From positions 1,942,878-2,006,877 of the forward strand of contig NC_057752.1 in NCBI RefSeq assembly GCF_004010195.1: 64,000 nucleotides of DNA. The letters are read 5' to 3'. Origin of the DNA: Chiloscyllium plagiosum. Its lineage: Eukaryota. Of this stretch, positions 60,945-64,000 are shown one piece after another. The translations under genes and the position numbers were made by a program. Under the pieces are notes generated by a model that worked only from the letters and a program-made list of their open reading frames with translations, had not been told where the DNA came from and ran no database searches. Numbering within the stretch: the first letter of the stretch is position 1; each line of letters begins with the position of its first letter.

Positions 60945-61660
60945 AAAACCACATATGTCATGACCATCCCCAAGAGACAACTGAACTATCTCCTATTAAC
61001 ATTCAACTACATTATCATCATGGGATCCCCCACTATCAATAACCTTGGTGTTGTCATTGGCCTGAAGCTGAACTGGACCAGCCATATAAAGAGAATCTAT
61101 AAGAGCAGGTCAGAGCCTAGGAATTTTGAGAGAAGTAACTCACCTCCCAACTCCTCACAGCCTGTCCACTCCCTACAAGGCATAAACCATAGTCTCCACT
61201 TGCCTGGATGGATGCATCTCCAACAACACTGAAGAAGCTTGACACCATCCAGGACAAAGCAGCTTGTCTACCACCTTCAACATTCATTCCCTCCACCACT
61301 AATGCACATCGATAGCAGAGTGCATCATTTACAAGACGCACTGCAGCAACTCACCAAATCTCCTTAGACAGCATCTTGTGAACACACAACCACTTCCATC
61401 TAAAAGGACAAGGGCAGTAGATACATGGGATCACCACCCCCTACAAGTTCCCCTTCAATCGTGACTTGGAAATATATCACCATTCCTTCAGTGTCACTGG
61501 GTCAAAATCTTGGAATTCCCTCCCTCAGAGTATTGTGGATCTAACCATAGCACATGGCCTGCAGCAGTTCAAGAAGGCAGCTCATCACCATCTTAAGGCA
61601 ACAAAGGATTCACAAATGCTGGCTCAGCCAGCAATACCTATATTGCGTGATCAAAAAATA
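60945..61660 (+). mobile_element. L2-group LINE 3' end (same family as 12320-14980)
   Basis: SPTINNLGVVIGLKLNWTSHI, and a 3'UTR matching 13700-13860 plus 14796-14975. Confidence 0.85.
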
Positions 61661-61820
61661 AGCAACAACAAGGAATGAATTTGAAACTTTCTTTATTTTC
61701 CAAAATTAACTATGGTATGTACAATAAGTGGCTGTTTTAAGTTGCCCAATTTTAAGTCTTTTCACTTTAATAGAGATCAGTTGTGTTTATCATTTTGAGT
61801 TACATTTTAAAGTCATTTTT

Positions 61821-62261
61821 GCTGCCTGCCCCTCTTCCGCGGTTACGTTAGGGCCCGGGTGTCCTTGGAGAAGGAGCACGCGGTGTCGACCAACACCCTG
61901 GAGTTGTTCAGGGAGAGGTGGGCGCCGCAGGGAGTGGAGTGTATTATTTCTCCCTCCAACTCTATTTTGATTTAGTCCCTACCCTCCCCTTCACTGTTTT
62001 TGATCACACAGCACTATCCTTTGATGTGAAGGGCAGTGTTTGTCACTGGCCACCCGGGTGTTTTCCTATCTTCCTGGTGGTGGAAATTGAATAAAGATTC
62101 GTGCACCTTGTGTCTTTCACTGTGTCTCACACCTGCACACACACACCATGGGTGCTGGGGATAAAATAAGCACTACCGCACTTAGGTGGTAGTGTGGGGT
62201 TTAAAATTAAAAAAAATAATAAATAAATAAATAAACAGGAGTGTGGGTGCTGCACAAAATA
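61821..62261 (+). mobile_element. Tx1/L1-group LINE 3' end with A-rich tail and ~11-bp TSD
   Basis: CLPLFRGYVRARVSLEKEHAVSTNTLELFRERWAPQGVECII...*. A-rich tail at 62204-62235. AAAGTCATTTT at 61809-61819 and 62262-62272. Confidence 0.8.
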
Positions 62262-63799
62262 AAAGTCATTTTGCACCAGTTCTGACCATCAGTCCATGTG
62301 ACCTGATTGACACCATATAAGAGCAGCCTCTGCAACCCCTTGAATCTCCCTCTTGCTGCCTACCCTCCAGTTCATGAAGACTTCCTGACCCTCCTGGTTT
62401 GCTGCCACCTCTTCATCTCACCATTTCTCCAGCTCACTGTTTACCTCCTACCTCTTGCTGCTCATCACCAAAACCCACATTTATAGCAACAGTTTCGGAG
62501 AGAGACATGGTAAGCAGGAGGAGCAGCAAAGGCCACAAACTAGAGAGTTGGTGAGAAGAACAATCTACAAAACAATTGGGGTGGGGGGGGGGGGGCAAAA
62601 AGCAGGAGAAGCCATGAGCTGCAAAATTAACAAAGTCAAGGGTCAGGGAAAGGGAGAGTCCACAAGCCAAAAGGTTGGCAGTGAGAGGGTCAGGAAGTAT
62701 GGAAAGCTGGTAGTTTGGTGAGCAGGATTGGTGGTGAGCAGGATTGGCAGTTTGCAGGAGAGCCAGCAAGTGGGAGGGAGGTAGAAAGTTACCATATTTA
62801 TCTTTATTTTTTCAATTTATTTTGTAAGTTATTTAGCAATGTAAATTATTTCAATTTGCAGGATATATTCTTCTAACATTTTTTGTCTGATGAGATGCCA
62901 TACTGAACTTAACTATAGCTTTTACACTGGATTTAACGGCTCAGGCATGAGAGTGTTATCATTGAACAAAGGCTGATATCTTGCATAGGAGCATTATAAA
63001 TATTTTTGTTAAGTTTACATGTGTTTGAGACATTCACACCACATGCTGAGAAACATTAAATTAATCAAAGAGAATGCTACATTCAGGAAAACATCTGGTT
63101 GTTATGGATTGAATTTTACAGGGTTAAATACTGATATAAAAGGTGCAAGACACCAGGGACCATGATTATTCTGCCATTAGACCTGTTATAACCTTGGAAG
63201 TGTGAACTGTGAACAACTGTCTAGGCTCAATAATATAGGCTATGAGTTCAGATCAATCTCTGAGACGTTGTGCTCCATTACCTTCAGAAGGGGACATTTT
63301 AGAGGTTCTCCTCATTGGAGTTTTTCCCCTGTGGTTACTGAATCCCCGCAGAAGATTAATCAAATCAGGAAGAGGCCATAATAGTAAAATTTGGACCACA
63401 GACCAGAGTTTTCTCGATTTCTATTTTCTTATATTTCACATCATTTCCATAGAGAACATCAACATTTTCTGATACGTCTTAAGATCAGCAGGATTAAAGG
63501 CAATTATGTGTCTGCAAAAGGAGAACATCTGATAAATTAGACCAGTCTAGCCATCACAACTGGGCAGTTCTGATATTGCAAATTTTTAAGAAACAAAACT
63601 GTTAAAAGAATACTGCTTCTTTAAAACCTGTAACTGAAGTTTTAAAAGTCTGTTACCTTGAGTTTGTTTAGAACCTATTGAATTGAGTTATTCAATTATC
63701 ACTCACAAAAGAATTAGCTTAGAATTTGATTATGGAAATGGAATTCCATAATTTGGAAATGGATTTGAAAATGGAATTGTGTAGATTAGATGCGCTTCA

Positions 63800-63860
63800 G
63801 ATTGGTCTCACAACATCAAGGGCTGAAGGGCCTGTACTACGCTGCAATGTTCTATGTGCT
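63800..63860 (+). mobile_element. CR1 extreme 3' tail
   Basis: CACAACATCAAGGGCTGAAGGGCCTGTACTACGCTGCAATGTTCTATG. Confidence 0.75.
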
Positions 63861-63886
63861 ATTACCCCTGTACAACATAGTGGGAG

Positions 63887-64000
63887 TGTAGTGATTGGAA
63901 CCAGGTAGATCTTGTTGACTATGAGGTCCTTGATTGGTGTTGCTAACCTGGGCCAATTAGGTAAGCCCTGCCTGACCAATAGTCACAGGGGAATTTGAGG
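63887..64000 (+). mobile_element. Start of a Gypsy LTR (family of 49964-50185), runs off the right edge
   Basis: TGTAGTGATTGGAACCAGG matches the reverse complement of 50167-50185. Confidence 0.8.

Noticed and set aside
1549..63860. Minus-strand bias of CR1 copies as evidence for a plus-strand host gene
   Set aside because: Several plus-strand copies exist and the counts are too small to infer orientation.

Overview
This is eukaryotic, repeat-dense DNA, almost certainly from a shark or other elasmobranch. The evidence is HE1-type V-SINEs, a DeuSINE, many CR1 LINEs and Penelope elements with hammerhead motifs. I found no credible host-gene exon, tRNA/rRNA gene or CRISPR array, so the window is intergenic or deep intronic. 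It is mostly nested transposon remains. These include a three-level CR1 nest next to a Penelope element (0.3-9.3 kb, with one apparently full-length CR1 carrying an SGNH-esterase ORF1), L2-group, RTE and Tx1 LINE fragments, and three stacked Gypsy elements (41.5-52 kb) plus related LTRs. There are also two relics of a Harbinger-type Myb/SANT gene, a pogo/Tigger-like MITE and a possible ancient Academ-like transposon fossil. The most unusual feature is a ~4.85-kb array of a 42-bp unit (28164-33009). Its consensus has no stop codon in any + frame. It abuts, and is in frame with, a Harbinger Myb-gene exon on the - strand. Each unit also carries a perfect RSS heptamer and a 3'-splice-site-like motif. 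The functional readings of the array are speculative. Family assignments come from motif recognition by eye, not from database searches.
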